From: Blastocladiella emersonii ATCC 22665
Lineage: Eukaryota; Fungi; Blastocladiomycota
Reading direction: 5' to 3'
Length of the DNA stretch: 64,000 bases
Assembly (NCBI GenBank): GCA_025594325.1
Contig: JANHCV010000002.1
Span: 1,860,001-1,924,000 of the forward strand
In this document: positions 43,255 through 53,619 of the stretch, piece by piece
Position numbering within the stretch: position 1 is the stretch's first letter
Layout: every line of letters starts with the position of its first letter
Made by a program: the position numbers and the translations under genes
Notes under the pieces: model-generated
Database searches by the model: none
What the model was told of the DNA's origin: nothing
What the model saw: only the letters and a program-made list of their open reading frames with translations

Positions 43255-45700
43255 TTTGGATGACTGCAGCGTCGGAACAACGCAGAATCAACGCAAAACG
43301 GGCAGGGCAGGGGCGAGACGGGGAGGTTTGGGAGCGGTTCGGGCAGAAATCGAACGGGCAGAGGTTCAAGAGGGAAATTTAGGCAAGGAGCGCAGAAATC
43401 GGTGTTTCGGCGATTTTTGAGGGGTACGAGTAGCGTTCGGCGAGGCGAAAGCGAGCGTTTCGTTGGACGAGCGTTGGTTTCAAGGTATACACGGTAGCGT
43501 TACGGCGGGCGCCACGGTGAGTGATTCTGGACCAGCGGCGTGCGGACGTCACGGAGCACGCATGACGGCCACTGCGACGACGACGGACGACGGCAACCAC
43601 GAGAGCGATTTTGACTGTTTTGGCGACGGCGTTTGTGGTGGCGAGTGGCAGACCACAGATTCCACAGGTGGTGGTAGGTCTTAGGTTCCGCGGGGTGGCG
43701 TGTGCGGGGGTGATGGATCGGCGTGTCTGCCGTGACGGAATGGTCGCATCGTCACGGCCAGCGGTGGCGGGTGGTTGGGGGATGGTGGTAGGCGCGGTCC
43801 GCTGGACGTCGTCGTCGTCCTCGTCGCCGTCGTTGTCGTGGCCGTCGCAGCCGTGCATCGTGTGTGCTCCATGGTAGTAGTTCATGCGGACCTGCTTCCG
43901 ATTCGTCAGAGACGGAACAGAGCAAGCTCGCTGGCCCACACAAGTCGGAGCCAGCGAGCGGCAGTGTGGCTGAACTGCAACCGCCAGTCACCTGACCTCA
44001 AATCGCAAAGTCGCTGTGCTTTGCGCCACACCTCGAGCTCCTCAAGCAACGACAGACCTCTCCAGCTTGGTGCAATCCCTCAAGCGAGTCTCTCCCGAGC
44101 GTTCTGCACCACTATCGCGCTTGAATCGTCGCGATTCTGATGAGTCGCTGCTCGTTCCGCCGCTGCCGCGACGAACATGGGCGACAGAAAGGCCCAGCGC
44201 GCGCCCCAGCCTGCCACTAGGCCAGCGGATCGCGTTGCGCTCAGTCCGATCCCGAGAGGAGCGCGGCAACGCGAGGGAAATGAGGGCGAGGTCACAAGGC
44301 CGGCGCAGAGCCGCGGGAAGAAGGGCGAGAAAAAAAAATCGACCACGGGACCCGTGGCGGCGCGTGAGGCGGCGCAACGCCGTGCGCCGAACGCCGCCGC
44401 CCGCTTTTGCCGACCCGCTCCCACCGCTGCTCGGTAGCTGCTGCTGGTCAGAGCGTCCTCCCTCTCCTCCTCCTCCTCCTCCGCCCTCGTGGTCCCGTTC
44501 CCTCGTGTGCTCACCCGTACTGCGCCGTTGGAGCGCGCTTCCCACCACCCATCGTGCCCCGCTGCTCCTCTACGCCCGGCGACGCCATCGACCTGAGCGA
44601 GTTCCCCGAGCTGCTGCGCGGTCCCCTCCTCCCCGTTCCCCACCTGCATCTGACTGGACCCGCGCGCGCTCTACCGTGTCCCCGCTCGCCTCTGTACTCG
44701 CTGCACCGTCGACACGAGTCTGTCGCCGCCGCCGCACCTCCCACGCCCGCTCGCTCGCTCGCCCATCTCCGGCCATCTCCACCGCGGCCGACACGATTCA
44801 GCCGTACCGCTGCACGACCAGCGACCTGCAGGCCGCGACTCGCAGCCCGGCCCCCACGCAAGCCACCGCGGCTGCATCCGCGACGCGACGCGTCGTCCCC
44901 GTCTCTCTTCCTCGCCCTCGCTGCCCGCGCTGCCGCTGCCAGTCGAGTCCGCGACCGCTTCATTTGACTCTCGGTACGGCCGATCTCTCCGTCCACGTCT
45001 CTCGCAGGCAGGCGCGTGCTCTGTGGTGCCTCCTCGGTGGCGAGCCGCAACTCGCCGCTTCCCAAGTTGGGCCCGACTGCCGTCGCCCGCCGCCACCACC
45101 AACGGCACGCGGCGAACCTTGTCTCGATGCCGCTGTCGGCTCCGCGCTCCTGCTCGCCCGAGCCGGTCGGCGCAAAGTCTGCCTGCGCTGCTCCTCCCAC
45201 CCTCCCTCCATCGCAGACGCACCGACTGACCCGCCCACATCGTTCCTGGCGCGTAGCAGTCCTCGATTGACCGACTAGCCCCCGGATCTGGCCGCTCAGC
45301 ACGCCGTCAACTTGTACGTGCATTCACATGTCCCGCTGTGTGGCGATACTAGTGCGCGCAGGCGTTGGAGCCGGCATGTGGGCGGCACGGCCCAGTCCGC
45401 GCACACGCCTGGCCCACTCGGTCCCTCCTCCCTTGTTCCTTTCCCTCCGCTGCCGTCGGGCGCGTCGGTCTCGGTCGCATCCTACTCTGGACGCGCGATC
45501 AGGCCAGAGTCCGCGATACGCGTGTCTCGGAGTCCCGCGCGGCGGCGCCACCTCTTGTGCCTGTCGTCCACCCAACTCGCTCTCTCTCTCCCCCCTGCTC
45601 TCCGCTCATGAAACACCATGTATTCGCATGCTCACCACGCCGCTCCGCACCCCAGCTGGTCGCTACCGCCTAGACACGCCGACCGAGACACGCAGCAGAC

Positions 45701-48700
45701 ATGGCCGATCTGAGCCTGGCCGCCTCCGCCGAGCTCTGCGCACCGGAGGTGCCGGCCACCATCAGCGTCGTGCACACGCCGTCGCTCGTCGCCGTCGGCT
45801 CCTCGGGCTCGCGCGCCTCGAGCACCGAGCACTCGCCCGTGCGCCAGCGCCAGCGCATGCGCCTGAGCCGCGACATGGACCCCGCCGACGCCGACACCGA
45901 GTCCGCCCTGCCGCCGCGCGCCGCCTCCACCACCCCGACGCTGCGCTCGATCCAGCAGATCATGAACAGGTTCTCGGCCGCATGCGCCAAGTACGACGCG
46001 GCCGTCGAGCGCATCATGTCGCCCTCGGCGCTCGACCTGCCGCCCTCCAACCCCGCCTCGTCGCTGTGCTCGTCGCCCCTCGTCGAAATGACGTGCGAGA
46101 CTACGGCCTCGTGCGAGCTGTCCTCGGCGCCGTCTTCGTCGGCCACCCCGCGCCGCCGCCCCGTGGACCTGCACCTCGAGCACGCCGAGGCGCGCGGCCG
46201 CCCCGGCGCCACCGACTCGCCGCTCCCGACCCCGCTCCTCACCCCGACGCTGCCGCTCTCGCACGTCACCCCCGAGGCCGACCGCGCCAGCGGCGATCTT
46301 GCTACGGCCCCGCCCGCGCGGTGTGACACGCCGTCGCCGCGCTCGACGCACAACCGCACCTACACCATGGACGCGGACGGCGACACGGACATGCTCGACT
46401 CCGAGGACGCCATGGACGCGGACTCGGAGGACAATGGCGGCGGCGAGAACCACCACCATCATCACCACCACTACCACCAGCACCTCGCCACCGTTCCGGC
46501 CCTGCCGCCGTCGCCGCCCGCCCCGACCCACGAGCCGTCCTTCATGACCACGCTCGCCCAGCGCCAGGCTGCTGCGGCCGCTTCGGCCCCGCAGCCGCTC
46601 CCGCTCCCGCCGCGGTCCGGCGATTCGGCCGCCTCGGGCATTGACAGCGACAGCGACATGGACAGCCACGACGAGTACGACCACCACCACGGGCACGGGC
46701 ACGCGCACGCGCACGGCAGCGGGCGGTTCAACACGCACCAGTACGCGGGCGGCGACCACTGCGACCTCGAGGACGCGCTCGGCGCCGACGGCAGGCCGCA
46801 CCCCGACGACGACGACTGGGACCACGACACCATCGACTTCATGGCGAGCGTGCCGCCGCTGTCGCTGCTGTACGGCCAGCGCGAGGAGCCGCTGCTGCCG
46901 CCCATCATGCCTGGCCGCACCCACACGCTGGTGCTCGACCTCGACGAGACGCTGCTGCACTGCACCACGGTGCCGATCCCGAACCCGGGGCTCGCCTTCT
47001 CGGTCGACTTCAACGGCACGCGCTTCGACATCTACGGCAACCTGCGGCCCGGCGTGCGCCGGTTCCTGCGCCGCGTGTCGCGCGCCTATGAGGTGGTCAT
47101 CTTCACGGCGTCGCAGCAGGTGTACGCGGAGCGCGTGCTGCAGGCGCTCGACCCCGACCAAAAGTACATTCGCCACGTGCTGCACCGCGACCACTGCGTG
47201 CCGATCCTCGGCAACTACCTCAAGGACCTGTCGTCGCTCGGCCGCGACCTGCGCACCACCATCATCGTCGACAACGCACCGCAGGCGTTCGCGTACCACC
47301 CGGCCAACGGGCTCCCGATCCGCTCGTGGTACGACGACCCGCACGACCGCGCCCTCGCTCGCCTGTCGCGCCGCCTCCTCGCCCTCGCCCAGCTGCCCGA
47401 CGTGCGCCCCGCCATCCGCACCCTGTCGCTCGTCCACGCCCGCCTCGAGGGCGTCGCCCGCGCCTCGGGCCGCATGCCCGTCGGCCTCGCCATGGCCTAC
47501 GACGCGAGCGCGGCCGACGCCGCCGCCCTCGAGCCGCACGGCACCGGCATGGACCTCGACCACCCGCCCATGTCGCCCACGGGGTCCGTCGCGAGCTCGA
47601 CCGCCTCGACCATGCGCAGCATCGTCAGCGAGGCCGCGTCCGCGTCGTCGGCGTGGTCGCGCTACCCGCTCCCCGCCGCCGCGTACCCGCAGCTGTGGAT
47701 GCCGCCCGCCGAGCTCCCCGTGCAGGTCCAGGTCGCGCTCGGCGTGCTCGCCGCCGCCGCGGCTGCGTCGGGCACGGACATGTCGGCGACGATCCCCGGT
47801 GCTGGCGGTGTCGCCGCCCACGAGCACCAGCACCAGCAGGAGCAGCAGCAGCAGCCGAGCTTCGACGAGGAGGTGTCGCTCGACTCGCGCGCGCCGTCGC
47901 CGTGGGTCAACTCGCTCCACCTGCCGCACCTCGCTGGCTCGCCCGCCGCCGAGGCCAGCAGCGGCGGCGAGTGCGAGATGGTCACGGGCGTCGCCGAGGA
48001 GCCCTCGCTCAGCGCGTTCGCGGACCTCGACGCCGAGGTGGCTGCCGTCACGACGGCGTCATCCCCCGCTGTCATCCCGCCCAAGTCGCCGCTGCTCCCG
48101 TCCCCGCCCACCCCGGGCATCGCCGACCGCCGCGGCACCAACGTGTCGCGCCCGCTGCGCCTGTCGCCGACGCCGCCGTCGCCCGCCGTCGGCGTCCACG
48201 CGTCGCCCGCATTGTCGGCGCAGGACCCCGGCGCCGCGTGCCACGCGACGGTCTCGGCCGGGATCGACGCCGGGTGCCCCGCGCACACGACGTACGCGCT
48301 CGCCGTCACGCCGTCGTCGCCCGTCCTGTGCCCGCCCGACCTAGTGGCTGCCGTGACGTCGGCCGCCAGCTCGCCCGCGACCATGGCAGTCCCCGAGTGG
48401 GCCGTCGCTGGGCTCGGTGCCGCCATGGCCGCGGCCGCCGCGTCCGTCTCGGCATCCTCGGTCGCCACGTCGTCCCCGCTCCCGACCCCTGTCACGCCGA
48501 GCTTCCCCGGCGCAGCTACCGACCTCTCGTCCGCGCCGCCCTCGACGCTCCGCACCGGCGCCACGCACGCGTCGCGGCCCACGACGCCCGCGGCCGCCGG
48601 ATTGGGGGCCGACACGCCCTCGCGTGCCACGGTCGCGCCGCCGCCGGCGCCACCGCGGCCGCCGCGCGTCGCGGGCGGGCTCAGCCGGCCGTCGTCGCGG

Positions 48701-48877
48701 CTGTCGACGTCCGCGTCGCCGTTCCGGTCCAAGGAGGCGGCCGCTGTTGACGAGATGATGGTCGTCGTGTCCGCTGCTGCCGAGACCTCGGCTGCGGCCG
48801 CAGCGGCTGCAGCAGCGGCGCGCGGCGACGGCGGCGTGTCGCCCGCCAGCGAGGCGGTGCTCGCCGTCTCCGAGTAA
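45701..48877 (+). CDS. FCP/SCP (NIF-domain) CTD small phosphatase, CTDSPL2-like, with long disordered flanks
   Basis: TLVLDLDETLLH (DxDxT), LRPGVRRFL, VVIFTASQQVYAERVL, YLKDLSSLGRDL, IIVDNAPQAF, NGLPIRSWYDD. Confidence 0.9.
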   Translation: MADLSLAASAELCAPEVPATISVVHTPSLVAVGSSGSRASSTEHSPVRQRQRMRLSRDMDPADADTESALPPRAASTTPTLRSIQQIMNRFSAACAKYDAAVERIMSPSALDLPPSNPASSLCSSPLVEMTCETTASCELSSAPSSSATPRRRPVDLHLEHAEARGRPGATDSPLPTPLLTPTLPLSHVTPEADRASGDLATAPPARCDTPSPRSTHNRTYTMDADGDTDMLDSEDAMDADSEDNGGGENHHHHHHHYHQHLATVPALPPSPPAPTHEPSFMTTLAQRQAAAAASAPQPLPLPPRSGDSAASGIDSDSDMDSHDEYDHHHGHGHAHAHGSGRFNTHQYAGGDHCDLEDALGADGRPHPDDDDWDHDTIDFMASVPPLSLLYGQREEPLLPPIMPGRTHTLVLDLDETLLHCTTVPIPNPGLAFSVDFNGTRFDIYGNLRPGVRRFLRRVSRAYEVVIFTASQQVYAERVLQALDPDQKYIRHVLHRDHCVPILGNYLKDLSSLGRDLRTTIIVDNAPQAFAYHPANGLPIRSWYDDPHDRALARLSRRLLALAQLPDVRPAIRTLSLVHARLEGVARASGRMPVGLAMAYDASAADAAALEPHGTGMDLDHPPMSPTGSVASSTASTMRSIVSEAASASSAWSRYPLPAAAYPQLWMPPAELPVQVQVALGVLAAAAAASGTDMSATIPGAGGVAAHEHQHQQEQQQQPSFDEEVSLDSRAPSPWVNSLHLPHLAGSPAAEASSGGECEMVTGVAEEPSLSAFADLDAEVAAVTTASSPAVIPPKSPLLPSPPTPGIADRRGTNVSRPLRLSPTPPSPAVGVHASPALSAQDPGAACHATVSAGIDAGCPAHTTYALAVTPSSPVLCPPDLVAAVTSAASSPATMAVPEWAVAGLGAAMAAAAASVSASSVATSSPLPTPVTPSFPGAATDLSSAPPSTLRTGATHASRPTTPAAAGLGADTPSRATVAPPPAPPRPPRVAGGLSRPSSRLSTSASPFRSKEAAAVDEMMVVVSAAAETSAAAAAAAAAARGDGGVSPASEAVLAVSE

Positions 48878-49280
48878 CCTACCTGGTGCAGGCTCACCAC
48901 CACCACCCACCCCCTTCTTGTGTTATATGTTTATCAGTTCCCCCCTCCTCTCTCCGCCGCCCGCCGCCATCCCACCCACGCGCGCGTTTTTGTCTTCACC
49001 CTCAAGGGCGGGCGGGCGGGCGCTTTCCGTTTTCTGTACATATTTTCCCTCCCCTCTCCTCACGACGCATTTTCGTTCATTCCGCCTTCGAGTTGATATA
49101 CGCACGTTCAGTACCTGATCCTCGTCCGTCTCGCGCGTGTGGTGGTGGCCTGAGTCGATCGATGGCCATGGACGCTGGCCACGCGCGGTGGCCGTGGCCG
49201 CGGGCGCCGATGGCCGCGAGCGACGCGTCCCCCCTCTCAGCTCACTACCCAAGATGCAACAATGCAAGTGTATTGTACGT

Positions 49281-51440
49281 CTACAAGCGCTTCCCGCTCA
49301 CCTTCCTCCGCAGCGGCTTCTCGCCCAACTTCTCCCCCTTCACGGTCACGGCGGCCTCGGCGTCCGCGTTCGCCGCGACCCGCTCGATCGCCGCGACGAT
49401 CTCGCGCCACGACGCCGTGTGATAGAGGAACCCGCCATGGCCGAACCCCTTGAAGACGGTGAGCCCCGTGAGCCCCTCGCGGTCGAGGTAGCGGGCGACG
49501 GCCTCGGAGTTGACGATCGAGTCGTACTCGGACAGGACGACGGCGAGCTTGTCGCCGGTCATCGACGCGGGGACGCGACCTGCGGCGCCCTGCGGCCTCT
49601 CGCCTGCCGCCGTGTCGAGGACCGACCACTGTGCGCGGTACAGGACGTTGTCGAACCACCAGAAGTGGCGGTAGAGGAAGTTGGCGACGTTCGGGTCGCG
49701 GCCGGCAAAGTACCGGATGAACAGCTGCGTCCACGTCTTGGGCGTGCGGTACACGAAGTTCCATGCCACGTCCATGAAGCACAGGCCGAAGCAGACCGGG
49801 TCGAGGAGGACGGCCGAGTCGACGACGGCGCGCATCGAGGCGGCGTTCTTGATGACCCACGCCGACAGGGACGTGCCGAGCGAGTGGCCGACGATGGTGC
49901 ACCGCGGCAGGTCGAGGTCTTGCCACGCGGTCTGCAGGAAGGCGTTGAGCGAGGCGGGCGTTGGCGGGCGCGCGGGGAACAGCTGGATCGACACGCAGGG
50001 GACGTTCAGGAAGACCAGCGGGCGGCCCGTCGTCCACGCCGTGTACGCGGCCCACGGCAGGTACGGGAAGATGGACACGCCGAGACCGTGCAGGAACAGG
50101 ATGGGTTTCTTGCTGGTCGTTTTGCGGGTCAGCGACCGCGGCACGAGGAGGATCAGGGACCCGTCGTCGGCCGTCCGCTGCGTGTAGCCCGCGGCCCAGA
50201 AGGCGAGCAGCAGGGACCGCGACGCGAGCGTCATGGCGGCGTAGAAGAGCCCGCCGCGCCACTTGACGCGCTTGGCGTCGAGGTTGAGCCGGATGCACTT
50301 GACCTTGGCGTTGTACCCGCGCGCGAGCCGCACGCCCGTCTCGTCCTCGAGGTACGTGACCATCTCGTCGAGCTCGGTCTCCTCGGGCGGGCTCATCTCG
50401 TCGAGGTGCCGGTTGAAGAAGGCCCACGCGAACCACTCCTTGAGGTTGTCGAGCCGGATCTCGCACGGCGTCGCGCCAAAGAACCACCCCGACAGAAAGG
50501 TCCCTATATGCGGGACGATGTGGAACGGCTGCCCCGCCGACGACGGCAGCGGGCGCGATACGCGCAGCAGGGTGCGCTGGTCGGCCGCGGCCGACGTGCC
50601 GTCGTCGCCCGCGTCCTCGGCCAGCGGGCCCGCGAACGGGTGGAAGGCGTGCACGCTCTGCGTCAGGTAGAACCACCGGTCGGCGCGCGAGTAGGCCGGC
50701 GGCGGCACGCGGTCGAAGAAGGCGTCGAGCGCGCGCCGGTGCGGGACCACGAGCGTCGCCGACAGGAACAGCTCGAGCGCGGCCACGCCCGCCCCCGCGA
50801 CGGCCCAGGCGGGGAGTTGCGCGCCGGCGAACCAGTGCGCCCACGCGGCGGCGGCCACGACGAGCCCGGCGGCCACGGTCGCCCACCGCAGCGAGAAGGC
50901 CATGAGGTAGACGAGCACGTACAGGACGGCGGCGGTCCACGTCGTGTCGTCCGGGTCGAGCGGGGCCGCCGGGTTGATGGACCCCGGGTCGTGCACGTTG
51001 TCGAAGGTCAGGCCGCCGCCCGACGCCGTCGCCGCGGTCCGGTGCGGCGTCGGCGGCACGCAGTCGTGGCAGAAGCAGAAGTTGGACGGCACGCGGCGCG
51101 GGCGCGACGACGTTGACGAGGAGGATGTCGAGGTCGTGGGCGACGGGGGGAGCGGGATGTGCGATGACTGGTGGTGGTGGTGGTGGTGGCACCGCGGCAG
51201 GTCGGCGGCAGCGGCGGCGTTGAGCGACAGCAACTCGTCGTGCGAGCCAGACAGATCGGGACTGCTCGGCGGCGACGGCGACACGCTCGACGGCGCCGTA
51301 GACGCCGGGGCAGAGTCGGTGTCGGCCAGCGACAGCGCCGAGCCCTTGCCGCCGTTGCCCCGGCGCCGGCGGCGGAACAGCAGCGGCGAAGTCGCGTCGT
51401 CAGCCGCCGGTGCGACGGTCGTTGGTGTGAGGGGCGGCAT
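49281..51440 (-). CDS. Membrane-associated alpha/beta-hydrolase fold protein
   Basis: Hydrophobic TM segment followed by PILFLHGLG, nucleophile elbow VGHSLGT, LLDPVCF and C-terminal GHGGFL; intronless 719 aa. Confidence 0.85.
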   Translation of the reverse strand: MPPLTPTTVAPAADDATSPLLFRRRRRGNGGKGSALSLADTDSAPASTAPSSVSPSPPSSPDLSGSHDELLSLNAAAAADLPRCHHHHHHQSSHIPLPPSPTTSTSSSSTSSRPRRVPSNFCFCHDCVPPTPHRTAATASGGGLTFDNVHDPGSINPAAPLDPDDTTWTAAVLYVLVYLMAFSLRWATVAAGLVVAAAAWAHWFAGAQLPAWAVAGAGVAALELFLSATLVVPHRRALDAFFDRVPPPAYSRADRWFYLTQSVHAFHPFAGPLAEDAGDDGTSAAADQRTLLRVSRPLPSSAGQPFHIVPHIGTFLSGWFFGATPCEIRLDNLKEWFAWAFFNRHLDEMSPPEETELDEMVTYLEDETGVRLARGYNAKVKCIRLNLDAKRVKWRGGLFYAAMTLASRSLLLAFWAAGYTQRTADDGSLILLVPRSLTRKTTSKKPILFLHGLGVSIFPYLPWAAYTAWTTGRPLVFLNVPCVSIQLFPARPPTPASLNAFLQTAWQDLDLPRCTIVGHSLGTSLSAWVIKNAASMRAVVDSAVLLDPVCFGLCFMDVAWNFVYRTPKTWTQLFIRYFAGRDPNVANFLYRHFWWFDNVLYRAQWSVLDTAAGERPQGAAGRVPASMTGDKLAVVLSEYDSIVNSEAVARYLDREGLTGLTVFKGFGHGGFLYHTASWREIVAAIERVAANADAEAAVTVKGEKLGEKPLRRKVSGKRL

Positions 51441-53619
51441 GATGATGCAAGTCGAGCGAACAAACTACGGATAACGGGAGCGAGAGAGGAGGCGTCAGAC
51501 GCGGTTATGATGGCAGGGAACCCGGCCTCGTTGATGGCCAGCGTGAAATCTCGGCCGCCTCCTCGTCGGTGACGCGTGCGGGAACGCGTGCACGAAGGCG
51601 TGGCCGGCAGGGCAGGGCAGGGTTGGGGCGCTGGCGCCCGTCGAGGTTGGCGCGGTGATGTCCTGCACGGAATCCGGGCCAGAGCGGGTGGCGGCGCAGC
51701 AGCTAGGCGGCGCCCCAGTCGCGCAACGCGTTGCCGTCGTCGTGTCGTGTCGTGTCGATGGTGGCGTGGCACGAGGAGGTCGCGACGAAGGCCGGGCGGG
51801 TCGGGAGGAGGGGGAGCGTGCGCACACGTACGGTCAGGCAGAGGGCAGATCGTCGCGGGTGGAAGTGGGCGTCGGCGGGCGAGCGAGGCACGCGTGCGCG
51901 TGTACAGCAGAGGGTCGATCACCGACCCGGTCGTTGGGCGCAAAGTCGACGCAGCGAGGGACACGCTGTTGTGGGGTCTTCGAGCGATTGCAGTGCAAGG
52001 AGTGCGCCGAGTGCGCTACAGCCGCAAGAGGAGGAGTGGAGAGAGCGCCGACCGGGGGCAGAGGGCGAGCAGCAGGGTGGCGGTGCAGGACGGCGAGCGG
52101 CGGCAAGCAGGGCGGCAAGTCAGGCGGGCACGGCAGCGGGAGATGACAGAGAGCGAGAGAGAGAGGAACGGGCGCGAGCGGGCGGGCGGGCGGGGAGTGT
52201 GGCACAGTCGAGTCGGGCGGAGAAACGCAGCGCTTCCGTGTAGCTCCTGACAGGCAGCATCCGCAACCTTCTTCTTCTTCTTCTTCATCGCCGTCCCCCA
52301 ACGCGACGAGTATCTCCGCTCTCTTGTTCGCGAATCTCGACGCGGGGCCGAGCGTGCCGAGGCCGCGAGCGATAGCGAACATGTCCCTGACTAATGGACG
52401 TTTCAGAGCATCATCGCTGTTGATGGCCGTCCCTCGACGTTGCGAGACCTCAGGGATCACGCTGGCCGCAAGATCGGTGCGGTTCGGCGCGTTCTACATG
52501 TCCATGACCCACGCGAGCAACTTTGAGCACGCCGCAGCCGATCCATGAGCATCCATTCGGTTGGACAGCTCCATCGCGAGCGTCTTTATCCGTTGTCGTC
52601 GACGAGGGCGGTACGGTCACCCCGCGCGGTGCGAGACAGCGACCGAGAGACAGCGGCGACCTCAAGGGAACGTGACCGAAGGAGATCATGTGGCGGCGGC
52701 CCCGTGTGGGCGAGTGGCGCGCCGCCCCCTCGGGCCGGCCCATGTGAAACTTTGCGCGGCTGCTCCCGCGGCTCGCCGACCCCGTCCCCCGATCGCCCTC
52801 GCTGACGTCACTCCGATGAACTCGCCCGGCACGCGTGCCTGCCACGTGCGCGCCGCGAGACGCGTTTTCTCGTGCGAGACACGCTCGCGCGGGACCTCCC
52901 TGCACGCACCCGCAGGTGCGAGCTTGTTGGTAACCAATCTTGCGTGCTCGCTCGCTCGTACCACAAGCCTCGCCCATGACGACGCGATGCTGACAGGTAA
53001 GCTTAGCCACGGACGTCCGCGGCGCAGTGGCCACCCTGCACGCACACGCGACCACTTGTGCCTCGTTAACCAAACTCGCGTGCTCTCCCGCCCACCGCGC
53101 GAGCCCAGCCCATGACGTCGCAACGCAGGCCAGTGAACATGGCCACTGACGTTCGCGGCGGAACCCCCGGCCGGGTGGCGCGACGCGACCAGGTCACCCG
53201 TCCATCGCTCTTCGGAACTCTCTCTCGGTCCATGGACCGTGCCCCAATTTATCTCACACGCCGATTTGACCTGGGGCCTCGTTGCGAAATTAATTAATCC
53301 CGGCATCATCGTGTTGCCCGCCGCCGCCACCGCGCAGCCGCCGAGGCTTGACTCACCGAGCACTGCCGCTGCGGAGTAAACACCTCTCATTTCGCAGTTG
53401 CAATTCTTGCCAGAGCGAACGCGCTTGTCTCTCCGCTCCGCTGCTGTCGGTGCTTGCCACCGCTGTCGTCGCTCGCGCTGCTGGTGAGTTAAAGACCGTG
53501 GCCGCCCCCTCGATGCCGACGAGGTCTCACCACACCATCCATCACGCTGGGCCATCACAGTCCTCGACACTACATCCGTGGGAGTAGTAGAAGCTAGACT
53601 CTAGACCGCCACCGCCGCC

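Noticed and set aside
43379-43939. 186-codon minus-strand ORF with one CGICG and an Asp run upstream of RPL34
   Set aside because: Overlaps the RPL34 promoter and putative 5'UTR intron; a single CxxC and a GAC microsatellite explain the pattern.
25721-48877. Three HAD-superfamily phosphatases as a possible metabolic gene cluster
   Set aside because: Different subfamilies separated by unrelated housekeeping genes (NF1-like, RPL34); no shared pathway logic for the CTD phosphatase.
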